A DNA stretch of 64,000 nt. It comes from an uncultured Candidatus Rokubacteria bacterium. Its GTDB lineage: Bacteria > Methylomirabilota > Methylomirabilia > Rokubacteriales > DASRDR01. A program made the position numbers and the translations under genes. Each line of letters opens with the position of its first letter. Positions within the stretch are counted from its first letter, which is position 1. The stretch is taken from contig CAWGVS010000005.1 in the NCBI GenBank assembly GCA_963826115.1, positions 544,001 to 608,000 on the forward strand. Reading direction: 5' to 3'. This document shows positions 38,535 through 51,004 of the stretch, one piece after another. The notes under the pieces are model-generated. The model was not told the origin of the DNA, ran no database searches, and saw only the letters and a program-made list of their open reading frames with translations.

Positions 38535-39414
38535 GGGGCCCGGCGCCGTTCACGCCCTGGCGGGTGTGACTCCCGAGACTCGCGAGAAGTACGCGCGGCT
38601 CCTGGCCGGCCTGCGGGAGCTCGAGAGTCTCGCGGTCGCATTCTCCGGCGGCGTCGACTCGACGCTCCTCGGCTGGGCCGCGCGGGAGGCGCTCGGCCCG
38701 CAGGCGGTCCTGGTGACCGCGGACTCGGAGAGCTACGCCGAGGGCGAGCTCGACGAGGCGCGGCAGCTGGCCGCCCGGCTCGGGCTTCGCCACGTCGTGA
38801 TCGAGACGCGGGAGCTCGAGAACCCCGAGTACGCCGCGAACCCGCCCAACCGGTGCTTCTTCTGCAAGGAGGAGCTCTTTGCCCGGCTCGAGCCGCTGGC
38901 GCGGGCCGAGGGGCTCCGCCACCTGGCCTACGGCGCGACGGTGGACGACCTCGGCGACCACCGCCCGGGGATGACGTCGGCGCGGCAGCGCGGCGTCCGC
39001 GCCCCCCTGATCGACGCGGGGCTGGGCAAGGCCGAGATCCGCGAGCTCTCGCGGGCCTTCGACCTCCCGACCTGGGACAAGCCGGCCATGGCGTGCCTCT
39101 CGTCGCGGTTCCCGTACGGGACGCCGATCACCGCGGAGAAGCTCCGGCAGGTCGACCGCGCGGAGGCCGCCGTCCGGGCCCTGGGGTTCCGGGAGTTCCG
39201 CGTGCGTCACCACGGGGAGATCGCGCGCCTCGAGATCGCGCGCGACGAGATGCCGCGCGTCTTCGAGGAGGGGCGGGCGGAGGCGATCGCCGAGCGCCTC
39301 GCCGAGCTGGGCTTCCTCCACGTGACGCTCGATCTCCGTGGCTTCCGGTCGGGCAGCCTCAACGACGCGCTCCTCCGGCTGCGCGCGCGGCGGGCGGCCG
39401 CCGGTCCCGGCTGA
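38524..39414 (+). CDS. larE: ATP-dependent sulfur transferase LarE (CxxC-C, Fe-S type)
   Basis: PP-loop AFSGGVDS, NRCFFCK, DHRPG, WDKPAMACLSSRFPYG, RVRHH, GFRSGSLN. Confidence 0.92.
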   Translation: MSSEGPGAVHALAGVTPETREKYARLLAGLRELESLAVAFSGGVDSTLLGWAAREALGPQAVLVTADSESYAEGELDEARQLAARLGLRHVVIETRELENPEYAANPPNRCFFCKEELFARLEPLARAEGLRHLAYGATVDDLGDHRPGMTSARQRGVRAPLIDAGLGKAEIRELSRAFDLPTWDKPAMACLSSRFPYGTPITAEKLRQVDRAEAAVRALGFREFRVRHHGEIARLEIARDEMPRVFEEGRAEAIAERLAELGFLHVTLDLRGFRSGSLNDALLRLRARRAAAGPG

Positions 39415-40172
39415 TGGATCCCGAGCGCCTCCGGGAGCTCCTCCTCGCCGTGCAGCAGGGCGCGGTCTCGCCGGACGACGCGCTGGCCCGGCTGAGGCGG
39501 CTTCCGTTCGAGGATCTCGGCTTCGCCCGCCTCGACACGCACCGGGCGCTCCGGGCGGGCGCGCCGGAGACCGTGTACTGTCCGGGCAAGACGCCGGATC
39601 AGGTCGTCGCCATCCTCGCCCGGCTGGCCGAGTCCCACGCGAACGTGCTCGCGACCCGGGCCACGGCGGAGGTGCACGCGCTCGCGACCCAGGCCGGGCT
39701 CCGCGTCGCCTGGCATCCGACGGCCCGCATCCTCGTCGCGAATCCCGAGACGGTCGAGGGCGTGGGGCTCGTCGTCGTGGTGTCGGCCGGCACCTCCGAC
39801 ATCGCGATCGCGGAGGAGGCGGCGGTGACGGCCGAGGCGCGAGGGAACCGGGTCGAGCGCGTGTACGACGCGGGCGTCGCCGGGCTCCACCGGCTGCTCG
39901 CGCAGCACCCGCTCCTCCTCGAGGCCAACGCGATCGTGGTCGTCGCCGGGATGGAGGGCGCCCTCGCGAGCGTGGTGGGGGGCCTCGTGGACCGGCCCGT
40001 CATCGCGGTGCCCACGAGCGTCGGGTACGGGGTCTCGGAGGGCGGGTTCGCCGCTCTCCTCACCATGCTCGCGACCTGCGTGCCCGGGATCGCCGTCGTG
40101 AACATCGACAACGGGTTCGGAGCGGCCTGTCTCGCTGATCGCATCAACAAGCTCGCCGTCAAGATCCGGTAG
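39414..40172 (+). CDS. larB: NPN biosynthesis carboxylase/hydrolase LarB
   Basis: FARLDTHRALRAG, AGTSD, GVAGLHRL, AGMEGAL, PTSVGYG, VNIDNGFGAA. TGATG overlap with larE. Confidence 0.93.
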   Translation: MDPERLRELLLAVQQGAVSPDDALARLRRLPFEDLGFARLDTHRALRAGAPETVYCPGKTPDQVVAILARLAESHANVLATRATAEVHALATQAGLRVAWHPTARILVANPETVEGVGLVVVVSAGTSDIAIAEEAAVTAEARGNRVERVYDAGVAGLHRLLAQHPLLLEANAIVVVAGMEGALASVVGGLVDRPVIAVPTSVGYGVSEGGFAALLTMLATCVPGIAVVNIDNGFGAACLADRINKLAVKIR

Positions 40173-40178
40173 GGCCGC

Positions 40179-42086
40179 GTGCGCCTAGCGGGCCGGCCGC
40201 TGCTGCGGCCCCGGTTTCTCATCTTCGTCGTCCTGCTCTGGAGCCTCGTCACGTTCCTGCCCGCCGTCCTGAACGACTTCGTGAACTGGGACGACTTCCG
40301 GATGTTCCTCGACAACCCGGCGCACCGGGGGACCTGGGAGGACCGGCTCCGCGGCGCGTGGGCGTCCCACCGTCTCGGTGAGTACATGCCGGTCACGTGG
40401 ATGACCTACGCGGTCGACCGGTCGTTCTGGGGCGACAGCCCGGCCGGCTACCACTTCAGCAGTGTCCTCCTCCACGCCGCCACCACGCTGGCGGTGATGG
40501 CGCTGGCCTTCCGCCTTCTGCGCCACGTGCACGGCGACGAGCTGGGAGACGACGACCGCTGGAGCCTGTGGCTCGGGGCGACGGTGGCGGCGCTCGTGTT
40601 CGCCGTGCACCCGCTCCGCGTCGAGCCGGTCACCTGGGTGAGCGCTCGGGGAACGGTCCTGGGCGGGCTCTTTCTCGTCCTCTCGGTCCTCGCCTACGTC
40701 GCGGGCTGGGAGCGCGGGCGCGGATCGGGGCGGATCCCGCCCCTGTGGCTCGTCGGGTCGCTCACGTTCTTTGCCCTGTCGCTGCTCGCCCGGGCCACCG
40801 GGCTCGTGCTCCCGCTCGTCCTGCTGGTGCTCGACGTCTACCCGCTCCGGCGCGTCGGGGGCCGGCCGAGCACCTGGTTCGGGCCTGCCGCGCGCGCGGT
40901 CTGGACCGAGAAGCTCGGATTCGGGTTGCTCGGGCTCCTCACCATCCCGATGGCGTACCTCGCCCGCGGGGAGGAGGTCGGGGACTTCTGGCGCGGCGGC
41001 TACGATCCAGCCGTCGCGGTCACCTGGGGCGTCTACAGTCTCGGCTTTTACGTCTGGAAGACTTTGCTGCCGGGGAACCTGAGCCCCGTGTACCCGATGC
41101 CGGAGGGCCAGGCGTTGATGGTGGCGCCCGTGTTGGTGAGCCTCGCCCTCGTGGCGGGCGTGACCGCGGGCGTGATCGCGCTCCGACGGAAGTGGGCGGG
41201 ACCGCTCGCGGCGTGGATCGTCTACATCATCCTGATCACGCCGCTCTCGGGGATCCTGCCGTTCGGCCGGCTCCGCGGGGTGGCGGACCGGTACTCCTAC
41301 CTCGCCTGCATCGGGGGCGCGATCGTGGCGGGCGGCGCGGCGACCATCGGCTGGCGCCGGTTCCGGAACGGCGACCTGCGCCGTCGGTGGGCGGCCGTCG
41401 TCGCGATCGGGGCCGTGAGCATCCTCGTCGCCTGGAGCGTGCTCAGCTGGTACCAGACCAAAGTGTGGCGCAACGGCCTCACCCTCTGGGGATGGGCCGA
41501 GGAGATCCACGGCAACTCGCCCGTCGTCCACAACAACCTCGGCTGGGCCTGGGCCCACACAGGGGAGTATCGGCGGGCGGAGATTCACGCCCGGCGCGCG
41601 GCCGAGGTGCTCCCGAACAGCGCGACCGTGCTCCAGACGCTCGGCCGGATCCTCGCCGCGCAGGGGCGTCTCGAGGAGTCGGTCGAGATTCTTCTCCGGG
41701 CGGTCGAGGTGTCGCCGCGCTGGCCGGAGGGCCACATCGGGCTCGGGTCCGTCCTCTACGAGAGCGGCGACGTCCCCCGTGCCGTGAAGGAGCTCGAGCG
41801 AGCGGTGGAGCTCGACCCGGGTGACGGGCGCGCGCACTACTACCTGGGCCGGGTCCTCCTCAACGAGGGGCGCCGCGACAAAGCCGAGACGCATCTCCGC
41901 CGGGCGATGGAGATCCACCGCGGGGTGCTCGGGCCGGCGCCGATCGAGGAGATCATGAAGAAGGCACCGGTGACGGGCTCGGTCTTCCTGCCGGAGCCCA
42001 CATCGGGAGGCTTCCGCCCGCGGCGCCGCCGGGGCCCGCCCGGTCGCCGGTCGGGCGGGCCCCGCTCGGGCGAGCCGACCGCGTGA
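40179..42086 (+). CDS. TMTC-like GT-C membrane protein with C-terminal TPRs
   Basis: FVNWDD, YH...LLH, FAVHPLRVEPVTWVSAR, ADRYSYL, VWRN, then TPRs. Confidence 0.8.
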   Translation: MRLAGRPLLRPRFLIFVVLLWSLVTFLPAVLNDFVNWDDFRMFLDNPAHRGTWEDRLRGAWASHRLGEYMPVTWMTYAVDRSFWGDSPAGYHFSSVLLHAATTLAVMALAFRLLRHVHGDELGDDDRWSLWLGATVAALVFAVHPLRVEPVTWVSARGTVLGGLFLVLSVLAYVAGWERGRGSGRIPPLWLVGSLTFFALSLLARATGLVLPLVLLVLDVYPLRRVGGRPSTWFGPAARAVWTEKLGFGLLGLLTIPMAYLARGEEVGDFWRGGYDPAVAVTWGVYSLGFYVWKTLLPGNLSPVYPMPEGQALMVAPVLVSLALVAGVTAGVIALRRKWAGPLAAWIVYIILITPLSGILPFGRLRGVADRYSYLACIGGAIVAGGAATIGWRRFRNGDLRRRWAAVVAIGAVSILVAWSVLSWYQTKVWRNGLTLWGWAEEIHGNSPVVHNNLGWAWAHTGEYRRAEIHARRAAEVLPNSATVLQTLGRILAAQGRLEESVEILLRAVEVSPRWPEGHIGLGSVLYESGDVPRAVKELERAVELDPGDGRAHYYLGRVLLNEGRRDKAETHLRRAMEIHRGVLGPAPIEEIMKKAPVTGSVFLPEPTSGGFRPRRRRGPPGRRSGGPRSGEPTA

Positions 42087-42335
42087 CGCCCGATTCTCCG
42101 GCGCGGCGCCCCAGTACCCGGGGGGCGGCGCGCCTCTGGCCGCGGGAGCGGCGCGAGGCCGAGGCCAGGGAGCACCGCCGGCGGGCGAACGCGATCGACG
42201 CGGAGCGATCCCAGGGACTGAACCTCTCGGTCCCCGGGCCGGGCGCCGACGTGCCGGGCGGTTCCTGATACACTACGCGCGCACGCCGCGGCGGCGCGGC
42301 AGTCGATGACCGGCCGTTCTCCGGAGGATCCCCAG

Positions 42336-44012
42336 ATGCCGCTCATGTCCGGCAAGCGCGCCTTCCTGGACGTTCTCAGGCAGGAGGGCGTCGAGTACCT
42401 GTTCGGGAACCCGGGCACCACCGAGCTCCCGCTGATGGACGGTCTCGCCGAGGAGCCCTCGCTCACCTACGTCCTGGCGCTCCAGGAGGCCGCGGTCGTC
42501 GCGATGGCCGACGGCTACGCTCAGGCTTCCGGCAAGCTCGGCGTGGTCAGCGTCCACGTGGCGCCCGGGCTGGGGAACGCGCTCGGGATGCTCTACGACG
42601 CGCAGAAGGCGGGCGCGCCGCTCCTCGTCACCGCCGGGCAGCACGACCAGACGTTCAACGTCACCGAGCCGATCCTCTGGGCCGATCTCCCGCCGATCGC
42701 GCGGCCGTTCGTGAAGTGGTCGGCGGAGGTCAGACGCCTCGACGATCTGCCGAGGCTCGTCCACCGCGCGGCGAAGACCGCGCTCGCGCCGCCCGCGGGC
42801 CCGGTCTTCCTGTCGCTGCCGGCCGACGTGCTCCAGGCGGAGGGCGTGGTCGAGTTGGGCGCGCCGACCCGTGTCGCCCCGCGGATCCGCGGCGATCGCG
42901 ACGCGGTGGAGGCCGCCGCCGAGCTTCTCGCGCGCGCCTCGCGCCCCCTGATCCTGGCGGGCGACGCGGTCGCCCAGAGCGACGCGCACGCCGAGCTCGT
43001 CGCGGTCGCCGAGGCGCTCGGCGCCCCGGTCTACGCGGAGGGCGTCGCGAACACGGCGTCGTTCCCGACGTCCCATCCGCTGTTCCGCGGCGCGTTCGCC
43101 CGCCTGGCGCCCGCGGTCCGCCAGGTGCTGTCGGAGGCCGACGTCCTCTTTTCGGTGGGCGGAGACCTCCTGACCCTCTCGCTCCCGTCCGACATCGACC
43201 CGATGCCGCCGGGCCTCGATGTGATCCACCTCGACACCGACCCCTGGGAGCTCGGAAAGAACTACCCGACCGGCGTGGCGATCCTGGGGGACCCGAAGGC
43301 GACGCTCCCCGACCTCCTCCAGGCGCTCGAGGCGCGGATGACGCCGGCGCGCCGGCGGCAGGCGCGGGAGCGGCTCGAGGCGACGCGCGCGGCCCGGTCG
43401 GTCCAGCTCGAGGAGCTCCGGTCGCGGGCGCGGGCCGAGGCGCAGCGGACCCCGATGACGTCGCTGGCCGCGATCGCCGCGGTGGCCGACGCGCTGCCGC
43501 CGGAGGCGGTCGTGGTGGACGAGTCGATCTCGTCGGGCGGCGGCCTGCGGCTGCTCGTGCGCAGCGATGACCCCCGGAGCTTCTACGGCCTTCGCGGCGG
43601 CGGGATCGGCTGGGGGCTTCCGGCGACGATCGGCGTGAAGCTCGCGCTTCCCCACCGGCCGGTGGTCGGGCTGATCGGCGACGGGAGCGCGATGTACACG
43701 TGCCAGGCGCTCTGGACGGCGGCGCGCTACCGGCTCGGCGCCGTGTTCGTCATCCTGAACAACTCCTCCTACCGCATCCTCAAGCAGCGGACCCATGCCA
43801 TGAAGGGGTTCTCCTACCAGGCCGACCGCTACGTCGCCATGGACCTCGACGACCCGCGGGTCGACTTCGTGCGGCTGGCCGGGTCGCTCGGCGTCCGGGC
43901 GGAGCGCGTCGAGAAGGCCGGCGACATCGCGCCGGCGCTGGAGCGCGCGCTCCGGGAGACGGGGCCCACGCTCCTCGACGTCGAGCTCGACCGGAGCTTC
44001 AAGCCCGCGTGA
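42336..44012 (+). CDS. ThDP-dependent decarboxylase, benzoylformate decarboxylase (MdlC)-like
   Basis: FGNPGTTE, EAAVVAMADGYAQ, HVAPGLGN, GGGIGWG, GDGSAMY...NNSSYRILK. SD GGAGG before ATG 42336. Confidence 0.85.
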   Translation: MPLMSGKRAFLDVLRQEGVEYLFGNPGTTELPLMDGLAEEPSLTYVLALQEAAVVAMADGYAQASGKLGVVSVHVAPGLGNALGMLYDAQKAGAPLLVTAGQHDQTFNVTEPILWADLPPIARPFVKWSAEVRRLDDLPRLVHRAAKTALAPPAGPVFLSLPADVLQAEGVVELGAPTRVAPRIRGDRDAVEAAAELLARASRPLILAGDAVAQSDAHAELVAVAEALGAPVYAEGVANTASFPTSHPLFRGAFARLAPAVRQVLSEADVLFSVGGDLLTLSLPSDIDPMPPGLDVIHLDTDPWELGKNYPTGVAILGDPKATLPDLLQALEARMTPARRRQARERLEATRAARSVQLEELRSRARAEAQRTPMTSLAAIAAVADALPPEAVVVDESISSGGGLRLLVRSDDPRSFYGLRGGGIGWGLPATIGVKLALPHRPVVGLIGDGSAMYTCQALWTAARYRLGAVFVILNNSSYRILKQRTHAMKGFSYQADRYVAMDLDDPRVDFVRLAGSLGVRAERVEKAGDIAPALERALRETGPTLLDVELDRSFKPA

Positions 44013-44034
44013 GGCGGGGGAGCCGGAGCGCGCC

Positions 44035-45243
44035 ATGAGGATCGCGTACTTCGACTGTCCGTCGGGCGCGAGCGGCGACATGATCCTGGGGGCGCTCGTC
44101 GACGCGGGGTGCGCGGTCGAGCGGCTCGAGGCCGCGCTCGGGAGCCTCGGCGCCCCGGGCTGGCGGCTCGAGGCCCGCGGCGTCGACCGCGGCGGGCTCC
44201 GCGGCACGCACCTCGTCGTCCGCATCGAGCCGGGCCGCCGGTTTCACTCCCTCGCCGACATGCTCCGGCCCATCGAGCGCTCGGCGCTGGCGGACGGCGT
44301 GAAGGAGCGCGCGACGGCGGTGCTCCGGCGGCTGGCCGAGGCCGAGGCCCGGGTCCACCGGGTCCCCGTCGATGCCGTCCACTTTCACGAGGTGGGGGAC
44401 CTTGACACCCTCGTGGACGTCGTGGGATCGGTGGCGGCGCTCGACGCCCTCGGGATCGAGCGTGTCCACGTCTCGCCCTTGCCGATCGGGGGCGGGACCG
44501 TCGAGACCGCCCACGGGCGCCTGCCGGTGCCCGCGCCGGCGACCGCCGAGCTCCTGCGCGGGTTCCCGGTCTACGACAACGGGATCGCGTCGGAGCTGCT
44601 GACGCCCACGGGCGCCGCGATCCTGACGACGCTCGGAACGCCGGCGCGCCTCCCCGCGATGACGCTGGAGCGCATCGGGTGCGGCGCGGGCACCCGGGAG
44701 CTCCCGGTCCCGAACCTCCTCCGCGTGCTGGTCGGGGAGGCGGGAGCCGCCGAGGCGGAGCTCGCGGAGGTCGAGACGCTGGTGAGCGTCGAGACGACGA
44801 TCGACGACATGTCGCCACAGCTCTACGAGCCCTTGATCGAGCGGCTCCTCGGAGCCGGGGCGCTCGACGTGTACCTGAGCCCCGTCGTCATGAAGCGGAG
44901 CCGGCCCGGCACGGTGCTCTCGGCGCTGGCGCCGCCGGAGCTCGCCGACCGGCTCGCCGAGGTGCTGTTCCGCGAGACGACCACCATCGGCGTGCGCTGG
45001 AGCGAGGTGCGCCGCCGCCGGCTGCCGCGGGAGCTCCGGCGCCTGCCGACCACGTTCGGGCCCGTCACCTTCAAGGTCTCGACGCTCGGCGGCCGGGTCG
45101 TCACGGTGACGCCGGAGTTCGAGGAGGTTCGTCGCATCGCCGACGTCGACGGGCGCCCCGTGCGCGAGGTGCTGGAGGCCGTGCGCCGGGACGGGCTGCG
45201 GGCGCTCGAGGCGGACGCGGCGCGGGACGCGCGAAGCAACTGA
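44035..45243 (+). CDS. larC: Nickel insertase LarC
   Basis: YFDCPSGASGDM, HFHEVG, AHGRLPVPAPAT, ELLTPTGAA, ETTIDD, MKRSRP, ETTTIGVR, PEFEE. Single uninterrupted ORF. Confidence 0.93.
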   Translation: MRIAYFDCPSGASGDMILGALVDAGCAVERLEAALGSLGAPGWRLEARGVDRGGLRGTHLVVRIEPGRRFHSLADMLRPIERSALADGVKERATAVLRRLAEAEARVHRVPVDAVHFHEVGDLDTLVDVVGSVAALDALGIERVHVSPLPIGGGTVETAHGRLPVPAPATAELLRGFPVYDNGIASELLTPTGAAILTTLGTPARLPAMTLERIGCGAGTRELPVPNLLRVLVGEAGAAEAELAEVETLVSVETTIDDMSPQLYEPLIERLLGAGALDVYLSPVVMKRSRPGTVLSALAPPELADRLAEVLFRETTTIGVRWSEVRRRRLPRELRRLPTTFGPVTFKVSTLGGRVVTVTPEFEEVRRIADVDGRPVREVLEAVRRDGLRALEADAARDARSN

Positions 45244-45285
45244 ACCCGCCCGCCCTGGCGGCGGGCTCACGGGAGGACGCGACGG

Positions 45286-45543
45286 ATGATGCAAGTTCCC
45301 GGGATGGCGGTGCCGGTCTTCATGGTGGTGAACGTGGGCCTCCTGATGGCGTTCCTCGGCGGAGGCCTGCTGCTCCTCGTCGCCCTGTGGTGGGCGGCGA
45401 AGGGCGACGGGGTCGAGATCCCGCGACCGCACTGGCCGGCCGCCGCACGGTTCGGCGCGATGGCGGGATGGCTGCTCTGGGGCGGCGGTCTCCTGGTCCA
45501 GCTGCTCGGCCAGTTCGGGATGGTGGGCGTGGCCCGATGGTGA
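45286..45543 (+). CDS. Small two-TM hypothetical protein
   Basis: Two hydrophobic segments, SD GGGAGG. Confidence 0.55.
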   Translation: MMQVPGMAVPVFMVVNVGLLMAFLGGGLLLLVALWWAAKGDGVEIPRPHWPAAARFGAMAGWLLWGGGLLVQLLGQFGMVGVARW

Positions 45544-45547
45544 CATC

Positions 45548-45577
45548 TTGACAGTCTCGCGGGGGCGGCGGTACGGT
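45548..45577 (+). promoter_or_regulatory. sigma70-like promoter for coxGSLM
   Basis: TTGACA-N18-TACGGT. Confidence 0.4.
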
Positions 45578-45602
45578 ACGTAGCCTCGTGGCCGGTTGAC
45601 CC

Positions 45603-46052
45603 ATGACCCTCGACGGAAGCCATCATTTCAAGGCCCCTCGCGACCGCGTCTGGTCGCTGTTCACGGACCCGGGTGTGCTCGCGCGCGCCACGCCGGGCTG
45701 CGAGCGCCTGGACCCGATCGGGCCCGACGAGTTCGCCGCGACCCTGTCCGTCGGCGTGGCAGCCGTGAAGGGCACGTACCAGGGCAAGCTCGCGATCGTC
45801 GACAAGGTTCCGCCGGAGGGTTACACGCTCCGCGTCGAGGGGACCGGCCGCCCGGGCTTCGTCAAGGGCGAGGGCCGGCTCACCCTCACGGAGCAGGACG
45901 GCGGGACGCTCGTCAGCATCAAGGCGGAGGCCCAGGTCGGCGGGCTCATCGCCGCGGTCGGCCAGCGCCTGGTCGGCGCCGCGGGCCGCATGCTCATGTC
46001 GCAGTTCTTCTCGGCGCTGGAGGCGGAGCTGGACCGGGCCGCCACCGCGTGA
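45603..46052 (+). CDS. coxG: CoxG (SRPBCC) protein
   Basis: APRDRVW...DP...[23 protein letters not shown]. Confidence 0.88.
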   Translation: MTLDGSHHFKAPRDRVWSLFTDPGVLARATPGCERLDPIGPDEFAATLSVGVAAVKGTYQGKLAIVDKVPPEGYTLRVEGTGRPGFVKGEGRLTLTEQDGGTLVSIKAEAQVGGLIAAVGQRLVGAAGRMLMSQFFSALEAELDRAATA

Positions 46053-46089
46053 TCGGCTCCACGCTCGCAACCCAATGGGGGGTCCCACG

Positions 46090-46551
<462 letters not shown>

Positions 46552-46570
46552 GGACGAGGGAGGCGCGGCC

Positions 46571-48925
<2,355 letters not shown>

Positions 48926-48946
48926 CCCCAGAGGGCGGAGGACGCC

Positions 48947-49819
48947 ATGTATCCTGCGAGCTTCGAGTACCACCGGGTGGCGACGGTCGAGGAGGCCGTG
49001 GGCCTCCTGACGCGCTACAAGGACGACGCCAAGGTCCTGGCCGGCGGGCACAGCCTCATTCCGATGATGAAGCTCCGCCTCGCCCAGCCGAAGCACCTGA
49101 TCGACATCGGGCGGGTCGGCGGCCTCTCGGGCATCAAGGAGGAGGGCGGCCAGTTCGTCCTCGGCGCGCTGACGACCCACTTCGCGGTCGAGTCCAGCGC
49201 GGCGGTCCGCCAGAAGTGCGCGATGCTCTCCGAGGCGGCGGCGCTCATCGGCGACCCGCAGGTCCGGAACTACGGCACCGTCGGCGGCAGCATCGCCCAC
49301 GCCGACCCGGCGGCGGACTGGCCGGCCGTGCTCCTCGCGCTCGGGGCCGAGGTGAAGGCGGTGGGCCCGAAGGGCGCGCGATCGATCAACATCGACGACT
49401 TCTTCAAGGACCTGTTCACGACGGCCCTCCACGCGGACGAGATTCTGACCGAGATCCGGATCCCCGCCGGCGGCCACGGCGGCGCCGCGTACATGAAGCA
49501 CCCGCACCCGGCCTCGCGCTTCGCCGTGTGCGGCGTGGCGGCGGCGGTCGCCGTGGACGGGGCCGGGAAGTGCACGGCCGCGCGCGTCGGCGTCACCGGG
49601 GTCGGCTCGCGCGCCGTCCGCGCCAAGGGGGTCGAGGCGCTGCTGGTCGGGCATGCCCTCGACGCCGCGACCATCGCGGCGGCGGCCCAGAAGGCGGCCG
49701 ACGGCATCGAGATCAACGCCGACCTCCAGGGCTCGGTCGAGTACAAGGCGCACCTGACGCGCGTGTACGCGCGCCGGGCGATCGAGAAGGCGGCCGAGCG
49801 GGCCAAGGGCGCGAAGTAG
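48947..49819 (+). CDS. coxM: FAD medium subunit CoxM
   Basis: AGGHSLIPMMKLR, IGDPQVRNYGTVGGS, HADPAAD. Confidence 0.92.
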   Translation: MYPASFEYHRVATVEEAVGLLTRYKDDAKVLAGGHSLIPMMKLRLAQPKHLIDIGRVGGLSGIKEEGGQFVLGALTTHFAVESSAAVRQKCAMLSEAAALIGDPQVRNYGTVGGSIAHADPAADWPAVLLALGAEVKAVGPKGARSINIDDFFKDLFTTALHADEILTEIRIPAGGHGGAAYMKHPHPASRFAVCGVAAAVAVDGAGKCTAARVGVTGVGSRAVRAKGVEALLVGHALDAATIAAAAQKAADGIEINADLQGSVEYKAHLTRVYARRAIEKAAERAKGAK

Positions 49820-49842
49820 GCCGGTTCACGCTGGACGTACCG

Positions 49843-49885
49843 GGCCCGGGCGCGCCTCTCCGCGGTGGCGCGTTCCGGGCCTTCG
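49843..49885 (+). terminator. Hairpin after coxM
   Basis: GGCCCGGGCGCGCC...GGCGCGTTCCGGGCC followed by TTCGTGT. Confidence 0.4.
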
Positions 49886-49908
49886 TGTGTCGCGGATCAT
49901 CGTTGCCG

Positions 49909-49950
49909 GTGATCGCGGCGATCATCTTCGCGGCCGGCGCGTCGACCCGG
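49909..49950 (+). pseudogene. Diverged remnant copy of the mocA 5' end (direct repeat of 54855-54896)
   Basis: VIAAIIFAAGASTR versus VIAAIVLAAGASTR; 35/42 nt identical. Confidence 0.85.
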
Positions 49951-50025
49951 CCGTCCGGGCTGATCACCCCTGTCGCAGGGTTCGGGCCAAGCGGCCCACT
50001 CGCGCTCCGGTGGTCGGGCTGACGC

Positions 50026-50913
50026 GTGAGGTCGGTCGATCGCCGCACGCATCGCGTCGGCGTCATCCTCGTCACCGCCGCGGTTCTCATCTGGAGCACG
50101 GCAGGCTTCTTCACGCGCCTCATCGCCGCCGACACGTGGACCCTCCTGTTCTGGCGCAGTGTGTTCGGCGCGCTGTTCCTCCTGATCGCCCTCGTCCGCC
50201 AGGAGGGGCGGGGCGCGCTCGGTGCGATCCGCGCCATGGGGTGGCCGGGGTGGTCGGTGGCGATCCTCTCGACCATCGTCATACTCACCTACATGGCTGC
50301 CCTGCGCCTCACCGCGGTGGCGGACGTGATGATCATCCAGGCCACCGTGCCGTTCGTGGTGGCGGGACTGGCCTGGCTCGCGATGCGAGAGCGTGCGCCT
50401 CGTCCGACCCTGGTGGCCAGCGCGCTCGCGACCATCGGCGTGGCGGTGATGCTCGCGGGAGCACCTCTGGCCGGCGACCCGTGGGGGGTGGCCATGGCGT
50501 TTGCCACGATGGTGGCCTACGCCGGGATACTGGTCCTGCTGCGATGGCATCGGAACGTACCGATGACGGCCGCGGCGTTCCTCGCGGCTCTGCTGGGCGC
50601 TGCGGTGACCTGGCCCTTCGCCCAGCCGATGGCCGTGAGCAGTGCGGATCTCTTCTACCTGACGGTGTTCGGCGCCACCCAGACGGGTCTGGCGTTCTTC
50701 CTTCTGACCAAGGGCTCCCGCCTGATCCCGGCCACGGAGACCGCCCTCATCAGCGTCCTGGAAACGCCTTTGGGGCCGGTCTGGGTGTGGCTCGCCTTCA
50801 ACGAGATGCCGACCACGGCCGCGCTGATCGGCGGCGTCATCGTGCTCGGCGCGGTCGTCGGGCACATCGTCGCCGAGAGCCGCTCCGTGCCGGCTCGGCT
50901 CGACGTTGCCTAG
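50026..50913 (+). CDS. DMT/EamA family transporter
   Basis: About 10 TM helices, WSTAG, LFWR, LETPLGPVWVWL. Confidence 0.85.
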   Translation: MRSVDRRTHRVGVILVTAAVLIWSTAGFFTRLIAADTWTLLFWRSVFGALFLLIALVRQEGRGALGAIRAMGWPGWSVAILSTIVILTYMAALRLTAVADVMIIQATVPFVVAGLAWLAMRERAPRPTLVASALATIGVAVMLAGAPLAGDPWGVAMAFATMVAYAGILVLLRWHRNVPMTAAAFLAALLGAAVTWPFAQPMAVSSADLFYLTVFGATQTGLAFFLLTKGSRLIPATETALISVLETPLGPVWVWLAFNEMPTTAALIGGVIVLGAVVGHIVAESRSVPARLDVA

Positions 50914-50974
50914 CGGCGCCGTGGTGCCGAACGGGGAGTCGATCCGGCGCCGGCGCGTCCCGGCGGGACCGTTC

Positions 50975-51004
50975 TTGACAGGCTCGCCACGCCCCGGCCA
51001 GAAT
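50975..51004 (+). promoter_or_regulatory. sigma70-like promoter for the ABC operon
   Basis: TTGACA-N18-CAGAAT. Confidence 0.45.

Noticed and set aside
42266-42300. Sec readthrough of the small ORF ending GGS-TGA, with a downstream GCCGCG/CGCGGC hairpin
   Set aside because: The readthrough frame runs out of frame over the ThDP gene and does not look protein-like. TGaTACACT is better explained as an extended -10 box.
44035-45243. Programmed frameshift in larC as in L. plantarum
   Set aside because: The ORF is continuous and full length. It also lacks a long His-rich segment.
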